Shown: positions 8,257-17,770 of the stretch, in pieces
Numbering within the stretch: the first letter of the stretch is position 1
Layout of the letters: every line of letters begins with the position of its first letter
Source of the DNA: a virus
Lineage: Duplodnaviria > Caudoviricetes
Virus record (IMG/VR): IMGVR_UViG_3300043642_000037
Span: 1 to 64,000 of that record
Strand: one strand, 5' to 3'
DNA length: 64,000 nt
The notes under the pieces: model-generated
What the model was told of the DNA's origin: nothing
The model's input: the letters and a program-made list of their open reading frames with translations, nothing else
Database searches by the model: none
Made by a program: the position numbers and the translations under genes

Positions 8257-9473
8257 TCATCGTTACCGGACTCCGGCTCGTGTTTGCGTTCACTGCGCTT
8301 CTGTTGTCGTCTGTTGCTGCGGCTGGTCCAGTGGACATCGTCTACCGCAGCTTTAGCGCATCAGCTGCCATCGGCCCGCCGGCAGATGTGTTCGCCGCGG
8401 ATCTGCGCGACGTCACGCGCGTCTCGCTTGGACCCTCGAACGAGGTTCGCTTCGTTCGTCTGCCCGGCACACCGTCCATCCCGGCCCGGTTCGCGGGGGA
8501 CATCATGTCTGCGGTGTCAGCCAGTGCAGCCCATGGAGGCTTCGATGCGGCATACGTCTCGGGTAGCGATCTCAACCGCGCTTGGGGGTTCATCGTAAAC
8601 TCGGGCGTGCCGTTTGGTCCGACATTTGACGAGTTCCTTGGCTTCCTATACGGACGGAATCTTGTGCAGGAACTTCTCGATCAGCGCGGCCGCAACGTCG
8701 TGGCGATCCCGATTGTCGGAAGCACGGAGCAGCTCTCGGGCTACTTCCCCGAGCCGATAGGCGATGTGCGGGGACGCCGTGGCATCGGCTTGACCGGGCT
8801 ATGCGAGCAGCACTGGGTGCTACGCTACCTGCCGCCGGGCGAGAACGTGATCAACCAGGCCTGTGATGACCTCGTTGCCAGCGGCTACATTCGCCACAAG
8901 AACCTCAGCTTCATTCAGGCGGTCGCGGGCGGAGGTTCGCTCGTTGATGCGGTCAAGGCCGGAACACTCAACGGTTTTGAGTTCGCCACGCCGCTTGACG
9001 ACGTATCGCAGCTGTTCGGCTCGGCCGACAATCCGACCACCGTCGGGATCCGTTACGTCCATGCGCCAGGCTGGCACCAGCAGTTTCTGATTACATGGAT
9101 GGTCATCAACAGGCAGGTGTGGAGTTCACTCAGCGCTGGGCAGAGGGTGATGATCGCTACGGAGGCTCGATGGAGCGTGCTTTCGTCCTATGCGCAGAAC
9201 ATGCGCCAGCAGGGCCCCGCGCTGAAGGTTATCCTCGATTCGGGTGTGGTCATGTCGCAGTGGCCAGCTCGAGACCTGGCTCGACTCCGCGATGCGACTA
9301 TCAAGGCAGTCAATGCCAGGGCGACCGATCAGTCGCTCTCCGCCGCGGACCGCTCCGATTATTCCAGGGTGCTCGAGGCCCTCAGGATATACGTGCGCGC
9401 GAATGCCGCGTACTGGGACACCGCTATTGATACACACGGCAGGTTCTCCGGATGGGAAGGATGGACACCGTGA
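8253..9473 (+). CDS. TRAP-transporter solute-binding protein (DctP/TakP-like)
   Basis: Signal peptide; SGVPFG, G.L.GFEF..P.DD, PGWHQ motifs. Confidence 0.7.
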   Translation: MIIVTGLRLVFAFTALLLSSVAAAGPVDIVYRSFSASAAIGPPADVFAADLRDVTRVSLGPSNEVRFVRLPGTPSIPARFAGDIMSAVSASAAHGGFDAAYVSGSDLNRAWGFIVNSGVPFGPTFDEFLGFLYGRNLVQELLDQRGRNVVAIPIVGSTEQLSGYFPEPIGDVRGRRGIGLTGLCEQHWVLRYLPPGENVINQACDDLVASGYIRHKNLSFIQAVAGGGSLVDAVKAGTLNGFEFATPLDDVSQLFGSADNPTTVGIRYVHAPGWHQQFLITWMVINRQVWSSLSAGQRVMIATEARWSVLSSYAQNMRQQGPALKVILDSGVVMSQWPARDLARLRDATIKAVNARATDQSLSAADRSDYSRVLEALRIYVRANAAYWDTAIDTHGRFSGWEGWTP

Positions 9474-9709
9474 AACCGATCGCGATCTTGTTATTCGTAT
9501 CCGCGTGCATCGACGCGCGTTCCAGCGCTGTGCGTTCCAGCGCCGTTGATCTGTGCGGCGATCCGCCTGTGATCCGTGGGACAGCGGTCTTTGCGACCAC
9601 TGTACAGGACCAGAACTATTTCTGCTTCCTGGATGACGGTCAGTTGCAGCTCGAGGCGGACATCAGCCTGACTCGTCAGTGGGTGCAGTGTGTTATCGAA
9701 GCCCGTTGA
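9470..9709 (+). CDS. Small lipoprotein
   Basis: MKPIAILLFVSAC lipobox-like; GTGA coupling. Confidence 0.55.
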   Translation: MKPIAILLFVSACIDARSSAVRSSAVDLCGDPPVIRGTAVFATTVQDQNYFCFLDDGQLQLEADISLTRQWVQCVIEAR

Positions 9710-10001
9710 CGCCGGGCTCGAGGCCTTCGTCGAGAAGGTGCTGCCGACGGCCAGGCCTCGGTGTGTTGTGAGGCCTCGGTTCGTTCACAATAACGTCGTC
9801 CACCTCGGGCACCGCGTGGACACCGAGGACGGGTCTCGGGTCTACTTCCTGTGCGAGAATAAGATGCTTCTCGGCGCGTTGTTCGGCGGGCCTGGACACG
9901 ACAAGCTGCCGATGTACGAGCCGGGCGTTGAGGCGTTCCACGTCTTCGACGACGCGGATTGCATGACGTGCATTGTGGTCGAGGGGCGGCGTCGTGGCTG
10001 A
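9690..10001 (+). CDS. VDCMTC-family protein (start uncertain)
   Basis: NVVH...FLCE...DADCMTCIV. Confidence 0.7.
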   Translation: MLSKPVDAGLEAFVEKVLPTARPRCVVRPRFVHNNVVHLGHRVDTEDGSRVYFLCENKMLLGALFGGPGHDKLPMYEPGVEAFHVFDDADCMTCIVVEGRRRG

Positions 10002-10205
10002 GCGCGTCCTCTACGAGGGTATGGTCCACTTGGCCGAGCGCGTGATGATAGGCATTGACTGGAAGCAGGCTCCTCGACGCGGGAGCCGTTCGTCAGGTTT
10101 CTCTGCACCGAGCTGCTTCACCCTGTGAAGTCGGCCGAGTTCGCTCGCGCCGACGTCAACTGCATGTCGTGCCTGGTGACCCGGGCGCGAAAGGAGACAG
10201 GATGA
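9994..10205 (+). pseudogene. Frameshifted VDCMTC-family gene
   Basis: MAERVLYEGMVH... in one frame, FLCTELL...DVNCMSCLV...* in another. Confidence 0.6.
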
Positions 10206-10465
10206 ACGAGGACAAGCAAGGCGTGTGGAAGGTGACGCACGTGAAGGACGACGTCGAGACGGTCCTGCTGGTCACCGCGATCGGCGAGCGCGACGCTCGG
10301 CGGCAGGCAATGGAGCACATGTATCCCCCTGACAACGGCAACAACTGGACGGTCATGTACTGGATGAAGATACGCAGCTGTTCGATCAGCTCCATACCTT
10401 TCCGTCCTGACACGCCGTACCGGCTGTACGCGCTCAACCGTCGCACGGGCGAGATGACGCCCTGA
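10202..10465 (+). CDS. Hypothetical protein
   Basis: AGGAG RBS; ATGA overlap; MNEDKQGVWKV... Confidence 0.6.
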   Translation: MNEDKQGVWKVTHVKDDVETVLLVTAIGERDARRQAMEHMYPPDNGNNWTVMYWMKIRSCSISSIPFRPDTPYRLYALNRRTGEMTP

Positions 10466-10479
10466 AAGGTCGATGACCA

Positions 10480-10770
10480 ATGTTCGCATTCGGTGACAAG
10501 GAGTGGCCCGGCATCGCCAAGCTCAACGAGGAATCTGGCGAGCTGGTGCAGGTGATCGGCAAGCTCATGATGACGCACGGCAAGGCCGAGTACTGGAACG
10601 GCGTCGACCTCCGGGTCAACCTCGTCCAGGAGATGGCCGACGCCGCCGCGGCGATCGACTTCGTGATGGAGCACGCGCTGACCGAGGTCGAGCGTCACAC
10701 GCTGATCGCCCGGCTCAAGGAGAAGTTCGCGCTGTACGAGACGTGGCACGCGGAGCAGGCTGCGCCGTGA
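10480..10770 (+). CDS. MazG-like nucleotide pyrophosphohydrolase
   Basis: KLNEESGEL...K...QEMAD all-alpha NTP-PPase motif. Confidence 0.75.
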   Translation: MFAFGDKEWPGIAKLNEESGELVQVIGKLMMTHGKAEYWNGVDLRVNLVQEMADAAAAIDFVMEHALTEVERHTLIARLKEKFALYETWHAEQAAP

Positions 10771-10795
10771 CGTGCCTTGTTCGCTTGGTGCCGCA

Positions 10796-11161
10796 ATGAG
10801 GAATAAGCGCAAGCGGGCGAACGCGGTGATCGTCGACGGCATCGTTCACGCGATCGGCAAGCTCGAGCCCGAGCAGCGGTTCGTCGCCGCGATAGACGAG
10901 CCCGCAGCCAGGCTCTGGATGGGCGCGCTTGGGGAATACCCGCTGCGTCGAAGTACGCGTGCTCAGCGCAAGGCGGACAAGGCCCGCGCGATTCGCGAGC
11001 GGCTCGAGCCGCGGGTGAGCCTGCTGTGCGACGCGCAGCCCCGCATGATCCTGGCGTGGCCTGGTCAGACGCCGTTCCGTCTGCCGCCGTGGCGTCGCGT
11101 GCCCCGCACGCACGCGTTGGTTAACTGCATGGCGTGCCTGGTCGCAGGGAGCCGAGCGTGA
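10796..11161 (+). CDS. VDCMTC-family protein
   Basis: DGIVH...LLCD...LVNCMACLV. Confidence 0.75.
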   Translation: MRNKRKRANAVIVDGIVHAIGKLEPEQRFVAAIDEPAARLWMGALGEYPLRRSTRAQRKADKARAIRERLEPRVSLLCDAQPRMILAWPGQTPFRLPPWRRVPRTHALVNCMACLVAGSRA

Positions 11162-11556
11162 GGAAGTCGATGCTCCACGGCAACCGAGCGTGGCGGCCGA
11201 TCCGCGCCGTCGCGGGCATCGTGCACCACGCGACTCCGCTGACCAAAAAAGAGGCGGAGTACCTGTTTCGCCTGGCCGACACTGTCCGCGCGGTCGTCGA
11301 GTGCGGAGAGTGCGGTGCCAAGGTCGGCGCGGAGTGCGTGCGCAAGAAGGACAAGCAGCCGATGGCGAATCACAGCTACCGGGTTCGCCAGGCTCGCCTG
11401 CTGTTCGAGCAGCGCGTCCTGCCCAAGCTCGATCGTCTGCACCAGACGCTGTGCACCGCGGGGTCGGGACCCGGTCACGTGGTTTTCAACCAGGCGGACG
11501 ACCCGGACGTCGATTGCATGTCGTGCCTGGTCGTCATAGCCAAGCAGCAAGGGTGA
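11158..11556 (+). CDS. VDCMTC-family protein with a nested CxxC..C..H zinc finger
   Basis: GIVH...[CGECGAKVGAEC...NH..R]...TLC...DVDCMSCLV. Confidence 0.75.
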   Translation: MRKSMLHGNRAWRPIRAVAGIVHHATPLTKKEAEYLFRLADTVRAVVECGECGAKVGAECVRKKDKQPMANHSYRVRQARLLFEQRVLPKLDRLHQTLCTAGSGPGHVVFNQADDPDVDCMSCLVVIAKQQG

Positions 11557-12521
11557 CAATATGAAACTCATGGTCGCGATTCTCGTTGTGCTTTCTGCCT
11601 GCAAGGCCCGCGTGGTGCAATGGGACGGCATTCCTGCCGACATCGTCAACGTCGAGACCGTCTGCCCGGCGAAGCCGTGATGCAAGGCCTCGATCGAACG
11701 CTGGTCACCGAGGGCTATCCGACCGAGCCCGGCCTGCACCTGCTGTGGTCGGATCACAACGGGTGGCCGGTCATCGCCATCGTGCGCGTGCAGGTTGGCG
11801 ACAATCGCGCGGTCACGTGGTGGCAGGGCGTCGGCGGCACGGACCGCTGGCAGGGGCTTCCGAAGATGTTCCGCTTCGCCTACGACAAGTACCTCGGCGG
11901 CTCGCGCTGCTCGCCCGCGGCATTCGCTCACTACGAGGCCTTGTGGGCTCGAACGTCCGACGAGGTCAAGGCGATGCTTGCCAAGGCGCGCTTGTGAGCG
12001 CGCCTTTCCTCGGTCACGACGATCCCCTGCCCGGCGCCATGAGCGAGCTGGTGTCGGCGCAGTCGTCGCTCAACATGCACGCCGACCCGATTCCGGGCGC
12101 GACCGGCTACGTTAGCGAGACCGACGCCAACGTCAAGCACGCGATGGAGCACATCCACGCCGCGTTCGAGCTGCTGGACAGGGCGTGGAAGGCCCGCGAG
12201 GCCGATCGCACGAAGTTCCATCGCGCGCAGCAGAAGCTGTCCGAGCGCTCGCCGAACGCGGGCTGCGCCGAGTACGCCGGCGCCGCCGCCGCGCTGCTCG
12301 CGCTTGATCGCCGGGGACTCTCGGAGTCCGACGAGGCCGAGGCGCTGCGGGACTCGATGGACGCGCGGTGGTACGGGATGTCGGGCGCTGACCAGGCGCA
12401 CGCGCGGGCGCTGGTCGCCCTCCTGGCCGAGCAGTTCGAGAGCGCCGGGCACGATCCCGGGGACGAAGCTCGCTAGACTCGTGGTTCACGAGATAAACTT
12501 CTCAGGAAAGGTCGGTGACGC

Positions 12522-12962
12522 ATGAGCTACGTCAGGAGCGCGTTTTTCGTCGTGCTGGGCCTCGTCACGGGGGCCGTGGTTGAGTTGTCGATCGTGCGCG
12601 CGGTTCGCGACGAGAAGGCCGGGCCGCCGACGCTGTCCGTCCATCACGAGCGTACGTCGACCGTCCGCTCGCGGTGCGACGAGTGTCCTCAGCCGGGCGA
12701 CGTGATCAAGGCCAGCGTTCGCGGGCCCTCGAGCATGGTGCGCGGCGTCTCCGTGTATCGCGAGGAGGGGTTCGTCAGGAGCTGCTTCGGCTGCGACGAC
12801 CTTTCGATGACCGCTGACCTGCTGGGTCGCTACCTGGTGGTCGGGTTCCAGATGAGCCGCGCGGCCTCGTGCGTGCTGCCCTGCGGGAGCTACGACGGCG
12901 ATGTCGTGGCGCTTCAGCGATGCGGCGCGGTCTTGGTCACGTCGGAAGTCATCATTCGATGA
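12522..12962 (+). CDS. Membrane-anchored Cys-rich protein
   Basis: N-terminal hydrophobic helix and several Cys; palindrome upstream at 12484. Confidence 0.55.
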   Translation: MSYVRSAFFVVLGLVTGAVVELSIVRAVRDEKAGPPTLSVHHERTSTVRSRCDECPQPGDVIKASVRGPSSMVRGVSVYREEGFVRSCFGCDDLSMTADLLGRYLVVGFQMSRAASCVLPCGSYDGDVVALQRCGAVLVTSEVIIR

Positions 12963-13842
12963 GCGAGTGCCAGGGCTTTCGCTGCGACCGCTGCGGCGTC
13001 CGAACGCTGGCTTCGGAGGACGGCTCCAACACCCCGGACGGCTGGAGCGTGATCAAGGTCATGCGAAAGAGTCCGTTCCACGCCGCGCTAAAAGACCTCT
13101 GTCCGGAGTGCACCGAGCTGGTGTTCTCCGCGCTTTACGTAAGGACTGTCCCATGAACAACAAGGCTCCGACGACCACTCAGATTGGCATGCCAGCCGTG
13201 TCGCGCTCGCCCGCGCGGATCGCGGCGGACCCGGTCCGTCTTCTTCGCTTCGCCCGCAAGGCCGCCATCGTGTTCGCCGAGAGCGGTGCGCCCAACACCG
13301 CCGCGGTGTGCGAGGCCTACGTCCATGCGATGGCGGAGAACCACCACCTTCGCCGGCAGCTCGCCTCGGTCCAGGCATGGAGCGAGGAACCGACACGGCG
13401 GGTCAACTCCGAGGACCATAACCCGTTGTCCATTCCCGAAAAGGGCTCCGCCAACAACGTGAACCCAGAGCGGGAGGAGGCGGTTCTCGCCTTTGGCGAA
13501 GGACCGTCGCAGCCGTGACCGGAGATGCGCCCAGCGGTACGTTCGAGGAGGCGGTCAGGCACCGCGCGAGCGGTGTCGGGCTCGTTCCGATCGGCCTGAT
13601 CAAGCGGCTGACGCCGGCCGAGTGGGGTCAGATACGAGTGCTGACCCAGGGCGGGGCTCGGCGCCTCGTGGCCATCTACGACGCGGCCCCGCCGATCGCG
13701 TCGCGAACCAAGACGCCGACGATGGACTCGTCGGCGATCGATCGGCTGCTGAAGGAGGTCGAGCATGGGCATTGAGCACCAGGAGGCCGAGCGGCTGGCC
13801 GCGCGGCTCGAGGCGACGGCTGAACGAAAAGGAAACCAGAGC

Positions 13843-15921
13843 ATGACCAACGAGTTCCCGCCCTTCGCGAAGACCGTGGCCGCGTCCTTTCAGGCCGTCA
13901 CCAAGGCTCCGCAGGCCTACGTCACGGGCGTCGACGGCGACGCGCTGTACCAGCGCTACCTGGCCGCGTTTCCCGAGGGCGCCAACCCCATCTTCAACAA
14001 GCAGACCGAGCACGAGTGCTCGTGTTGTCGGCACTTCATTCGGCGCGTGGGCAACGTCGTCTCCGTCGACGACAGGGGCGTCATTCACACCATCTGGGAC
14101 GAAGCCGCTGGGCGGGCGCCGTACCCGTACGATCGCGTGGCATCCGCGCTGCGCGACGCCGTGCTCAGCGCGGACATCTCCGACCTCTACCGGGTCGGTC
14201 CGAAGGAGAACAGCTTCGGCGCGGCCACCACGAGATCGCTCGATGCCGGCGGCAAGGTGCTGACCTGGAACCACCTCTACACGGACGTGATTTCCAAGGT
14301 GCTGCAGGCCGCGTCGCCCGACCAGGTCCGCGGCGACTACCGCACGACGGTGCAGGTGTTCACGCGCGGCCTCGTCGAGCTGGCGCCCGCGGCGCTGGAC
14401 ACGGTGCTGTCGCTCATCGAGGCCAACAACCTGTACCGCGGCGCCGAGCACAAGGCCGCGGTCGTGGAGTTCCAGAGGGCGCAGCGGGCGTACCTGACCA
14501 AGGACCCGCGCGAGCAGTCCATCTTCGCGTGGACCCACGCCACCGGCCCCGCGTCCCGCTTCCGCAACACGGTCATCGGCACCCTCGTGCAGGACCTCAG
14601 TGAGGGTGTGGACGTCGAGCGCGCGGTCGCCTCGTTCGAGGCGAAGGTCGCGCCGAGCAACTACAAGCGGACCTCGGCGGTCATCACGCCGGCCATGGTC
14701 AAGAACGCGATGAGGACCATCGAGGAACTGGGGCTCGAGTCCGCGCTGGAGCGACGCTTCGCGACCATCGCCGACATCTCGGTCAACGACGTGAAGTGGG
14801 TCGACGGCAACGTCAAGCCAGCCATGAAGGGTGGGCTCGGCGATGTCCTGATGAAGGCCGCGGTCACGGCGAACCCCCAGAGCACGAAGAAGGACGAGGA
14901 GCGCGCCGAGGACGTCGGGCTCGAGGCCTTCGTCGAGAAGGTGCTGCCGACGGCCACGGGCATGGAGGTCCTGTTCAAGGGCGGGCACCTCGGCAACCTG
15001 ATGTCACTGACGGCGCCTGTACACCCGGAGCCCAAGCAACTGTTCCGCTGGGACAACGACTTCGCGTGGAGCTACGGCGGCAACGTCACCGACTCGATCG
15101 CTGAGCGGGTGAAGAAGGCCGGCGGCAAGGTCGAGGGCGCTACGTTGAGGGTTTCCCTCTCCTGGTTCAACTTCGACGACCTCGACCTGCACGTTCACGA
15201 GCCGCCGGGTCGAGGCATCGCGGGCGTTCGAGATCACATCTACTTCGGTAACAAGCGCGGCGCCAGCGGTGGCGTCCTCGACGTCGACATGAACGCGGGT
15301 GGTGGCCGCACGCGCGAGGCCGTCGAGAACGTCGTTTGGATGGACAAGATGCCGAGCGGCCCCTACAAGGTCGTCGTCAACAACTACTGCCTTCGCGAGA
15401 CGAGCAACTCCGGCTTCGTCGTCGAGGTCGAGTGCGCGGGCAAGCTCTCGCACTTCTCCTTCAACAAGACCGTTCGCAACCAGCAGAATGTCGAGGTCGT
15501 GACGCTGCACATGAAGGAGGGTGTCATCGAGCGCGTCGAGATCGGCGACGCCGCGATCACGGCCTCGAACATCGCCGTGACGAAGTGGGGCCTCACGACC
15601 GAGCAGTACGTCAAGGTCGACGCTGTCACGCTGAGCCCCAACTACTGGGGCGACAACGCCGTGGGCAACAAGCACACGTTCTTCGTCCTGAGCGGGTGCA
15701 GGAACGACGAGCCCACCCGCGGCATCTACAACGAGTTCCTGCACTCGCGCCTCGAGCCGCATCGCAAGGTGTTCGAGGTGATCGGGGACAAGACCAAGTG
15801 CCAGCCCACGCACGGGCAGCTGTCGGGCCTGGGCTTCTCGTCGACGAAGCGTACGAGCTTCGTCGTCCGGGTCCAGCAGGGCAGGACGCAGCGGCTGTTC
15901 AACGTCCACGTCGGGGCTTAG
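13843..15921 (+). CDS. Large conserved phage protein with a YfaP/DUF2135-like domain
   Basis: HECSCCRHFIR; SLSWFNFDDLDLH...LDVDMNAG...AVENVVW; RBS AAAGGA before ATG 13843. Confidence 0.75.
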   Translation: MTNEFPPFAKTVAASFQAVTKAPQAYVTGVDGDALYQRYLAAFPEGANPIFNKQTEHECSCCRHFIRRVGNVVSVDDRGVIHTIWDEAAGRAPYPYDRVASALRDAVLSADISDLYRVGPKENSFGAATTRSLDAGGKVLTWNHLYTDVISKVLQAASPDQVRGDYRTTVQVFTRGLVELAPAALDTVLSLIEANNLYRGAEHKAAVVEFQRAQRAYLTKDPREQSIFAWTHATGPASRFRNTVIGTLVQDLSEGVDVERAVASFEAKVAPSNYKRTSAVITPAMVKNAMRTIEELGLESALERRFATIADISVNDVKWVDGNVKPAMKGGLGDVLMKAAVTANPQSTKKDEERAEDVGLEAFVEKVLPTATGMEVLFKGGHLGNLMSLTAPVHPEPKQLFRWDNDFAWSYGGNVTDSIAERVKKAGGKVEGATLRVSLSWFNFDDLDLHVHEPPGRGIAGVRDHIYFGNKRGASGGVLDVDMNAGGGRTREAVENVVWMDKMPSGPYKVVVNNYCLRETSNSGFVVEVECAGKLSHFSFNKTVRNQQNVEVVTLHMKEGVIERVEIGDAAITASNIAVTKWGLTTEQYVKVDAVTLSPNYWGDNAVGNKHTFFVLSGCRNDEPTRGIYNEFLHSRLEPHRKVFEVIGDKTKCQPTHGQLSGLGFSSTKRTSFVVRVQQGRTQRLFNVHVGA

Positions 15922-16195
15922 ATGAATCCGCGCGCCATCATTGACGCGGAAACGCGCGGCTTTCGCACGCGACCGATTCGGTGGCGACGCGCGACGGAAC
16001 ACTTCGTCAGCTCTCACTGCGGCTTCTGGCACATCACACCGATTTATGGCGGATTGACGCGTCCAGAGTCGTACGAGCTGTGGTTCGGTGCGAGTGCGCG
16101 CAGACGGGTCGGAAGCGGTCAAACGCAGCGCGAGTGCAAGGCCGTCGCGGAAGACCTGTAGTCCAGTTTCAACCAGGTTGACAACAGAAAGAGAA

Positions 16196-16606
16196 ATGAC
16201 CATGCAGAACATCTTCGAGTACGCCACCCGCAACAAGCTCCGCTTCACGTCCGTCCGCGGGGTGATGTCCGTCGAGCAGCTGTGGGACATTCCGCTCCGC
16301 TCGCGCGATGGGTTCGATCTCAACGCCGTCGCCAAGGCCGCCAACAAGGCGCTCGGGGACGCGTCGGAGGAGAACTTCGTCGAGACCACGAAGTCGGCGG
16401 CGCACGCCTACTGCGAGGCGGTCCTGGAGATCGTCAAGTACGTCATCAACGTCAAGGTCGCCGAGGAGGAGGCCGCGAAGACGCGCGCCGCCAAGAAGCA
16501 GGAGAAGGAGAAGCTGCTCGCCATCCTCGCGGAGAAGCAGGACGGCAAGCTGTCCGAGCTGTCCGAGAGGGAGCTGCAGAAGCGCATCGCCGCGCTGGAC
16601 GACTAA
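16196..16606 (+). CDS. Conserved phage coiled-coil protein (probable partner of the previous gene)
   Basis: NIFEYATRNKLRF.S.RG...VEQLWD.PL; Lys/Glu-rich tail. Confidence 0.7.
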   Translation: MTMQNIFEYATRNKLRFTSVRGVMSVEQLWDIPLRSRDGFDLNAVAKAANKALGDASEENFVETTKSAAHAYCEAVLEIVKYVINVKVAEEEAAKTRAAKKQEKEKLLAILAEKQDGKLSELSERELQKRIAALDD

Positions 16607-16662
16607 TCCTGCGCTTTCCTCTTGGGTTTCGGCGCCGGTCGCCTTAGTTTATCCGGTAAACC

Positions 16663-16899
16663 ATGCCAAAAAAGACCAAGGCGCCCGGCGTCAAGCGTTC
16701 CCCCGAGGACATCCAGAAGTTGATGGACAAGTTCGTCGGCTTCGTCAAGAAGAACCCCGGTCTGCGCATCGAGCAGATCAACGCTCAGCTTGGCACGAGC
16801 ACCAAGGACCTGGTGATCCCGGTCCGGCGACTCATCGCTGCCAAGCAGATCCGGACCAAGGGGGAGAAGCGAGCGACGACTTACGAGGCGAAGCGCTGA
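16663..16899 (+). CDS. Small basic wHTH DNA-binding protein of myxobacterial type
   Basis: KRSPED...NPGLRIEQI...LG.STKDL..P...L......KGEKRATTY. Confidence 0.65.
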   Translation: MPKKTKAPGVKRSPEDIQKLMDKFVGFVKKNPGLRIEQINAQLGTSTKDLVIPVRRLIAAKQIRTKGEKRATTYEAKR

Positions 16900-17177
16900 C
16901 GTGTCGCGCCTGTTCGAGCCCAGCTTGGTGTACCCGTCCGACTCCGAGGGCGGGCGCTACGTCGAGTTCGAGGGCCCCGTCGTCGAGGTCGGCGCGCCCC
17001 TCGACGCGACCAGCGACTTCCTGGAGACGCCGGTCACCGTGCGGACCGAGAAGGGTGACCTCCGTGGGTGGGCGAGCTTTCCGGCGCGATGGGGAGCGCC
17101 CGCGGTCGGAGACCGAGCGACCATCAGGGTGTACGACAGCGGGGGAGGCTGGTACCCCGACGACAAGGTCACAGGCT

Positions 17178-17250
17178 GGATCCGTGGCGCAGCGGTCAGA
17201 GCGGACGGCGCGTAACCGGTTTATTCCTGGTGAAAATCCAGGCGGGTCCA
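17178..17250 (+). tRNA. Degenerate tRNA-like gene (Thr, anticodon CGU if functional)
   Basis: Acceptor GGATCCG/CGGGTCC; T arm CCTGG-TGAAAAT-CCAGG; mismatches in D and anticodon stems; G at position 33. Confidence 0.5.
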
Positions 17251-17368
17251 CCGGCCTCGAACCAGGCCTTACAGGGAGTGCGGGCGCGTTGGTCAACGTG
17301 ACCCCGCGTGCGCCCCAGGTTACCAAACGTCAGGGTTCAAGGCGTGACAGCCGGAGAGACGGCGCTTC

Positions 17369-17455
17369 GACCGGGTAGCTTAGCGGCAGAGCCCGTGCCC
17401 CGCCATGATGCTGCGGGACAACCACGGAACGCAGGTTCAAGTCCTGCCCCGGTCA
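17369..17455 (+). tRNA. tRNA-like RNA with an enlarged anticodon arm
   Basis: Acceptor GACCGGG/CCCGGTC; TAGCTTAGCGGCAGAGC D arm; GCAGG-TTCAAGT-CCTGC T arm; 25 nt between CCGTG and CACGG. Confidence 0.6.
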
Positions 17456-17473
17456 CGCTACGATAGGGATCCG

Positions 17474-17770
17474 ATGCCCCTCCCTCGATTCTTCCAGCTC
17501 AACGACCTCAGCGACGAGCGGCACTGCCTGGTCGTCGCGGAGGACCTGGATCACGCTCGTCAGGTAGTTCGCGACGTCGCCATGGAGTTCGACGGCGAGT
17601 ACGCGTACCGCCTCGACGAGGCAGAGGCTCGAGGCATCGCCGTGTGGATGGAGCTGGCTGACACGGACGCGGCGCGGAACTCGGTGCGCACCAGCCTGAG
17701 CGCGCGCGGTCACATCGCGCGGCCGCTGGTCCAATGCGAGCTGTGGGAGTGGTTCTCGACGATCGATTAG
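17474..17770 (+). CDS. Hypothetical protein between tRNA genes
   Basis: MPLPRFFQLN...; its stop codon overlaps the 5' end of tRNA-Arg. Confidence 0.55.
   Translation: MPLPRFFQLNDLSDERHCLVVAEDLDHARQVVRDVAMEFDGEYAYRLDEAEARGIAVWMELADTDAARNSVRTSLSARGHIARPLVQCELWEWFSTID

Noticed and set aside
13600-16389. Long antisense ORFs (13600..14988, 15004..16389)
   Set aside because: Shadow ORFs of high-GC coding sequence opposite the 13843..15921 gene.
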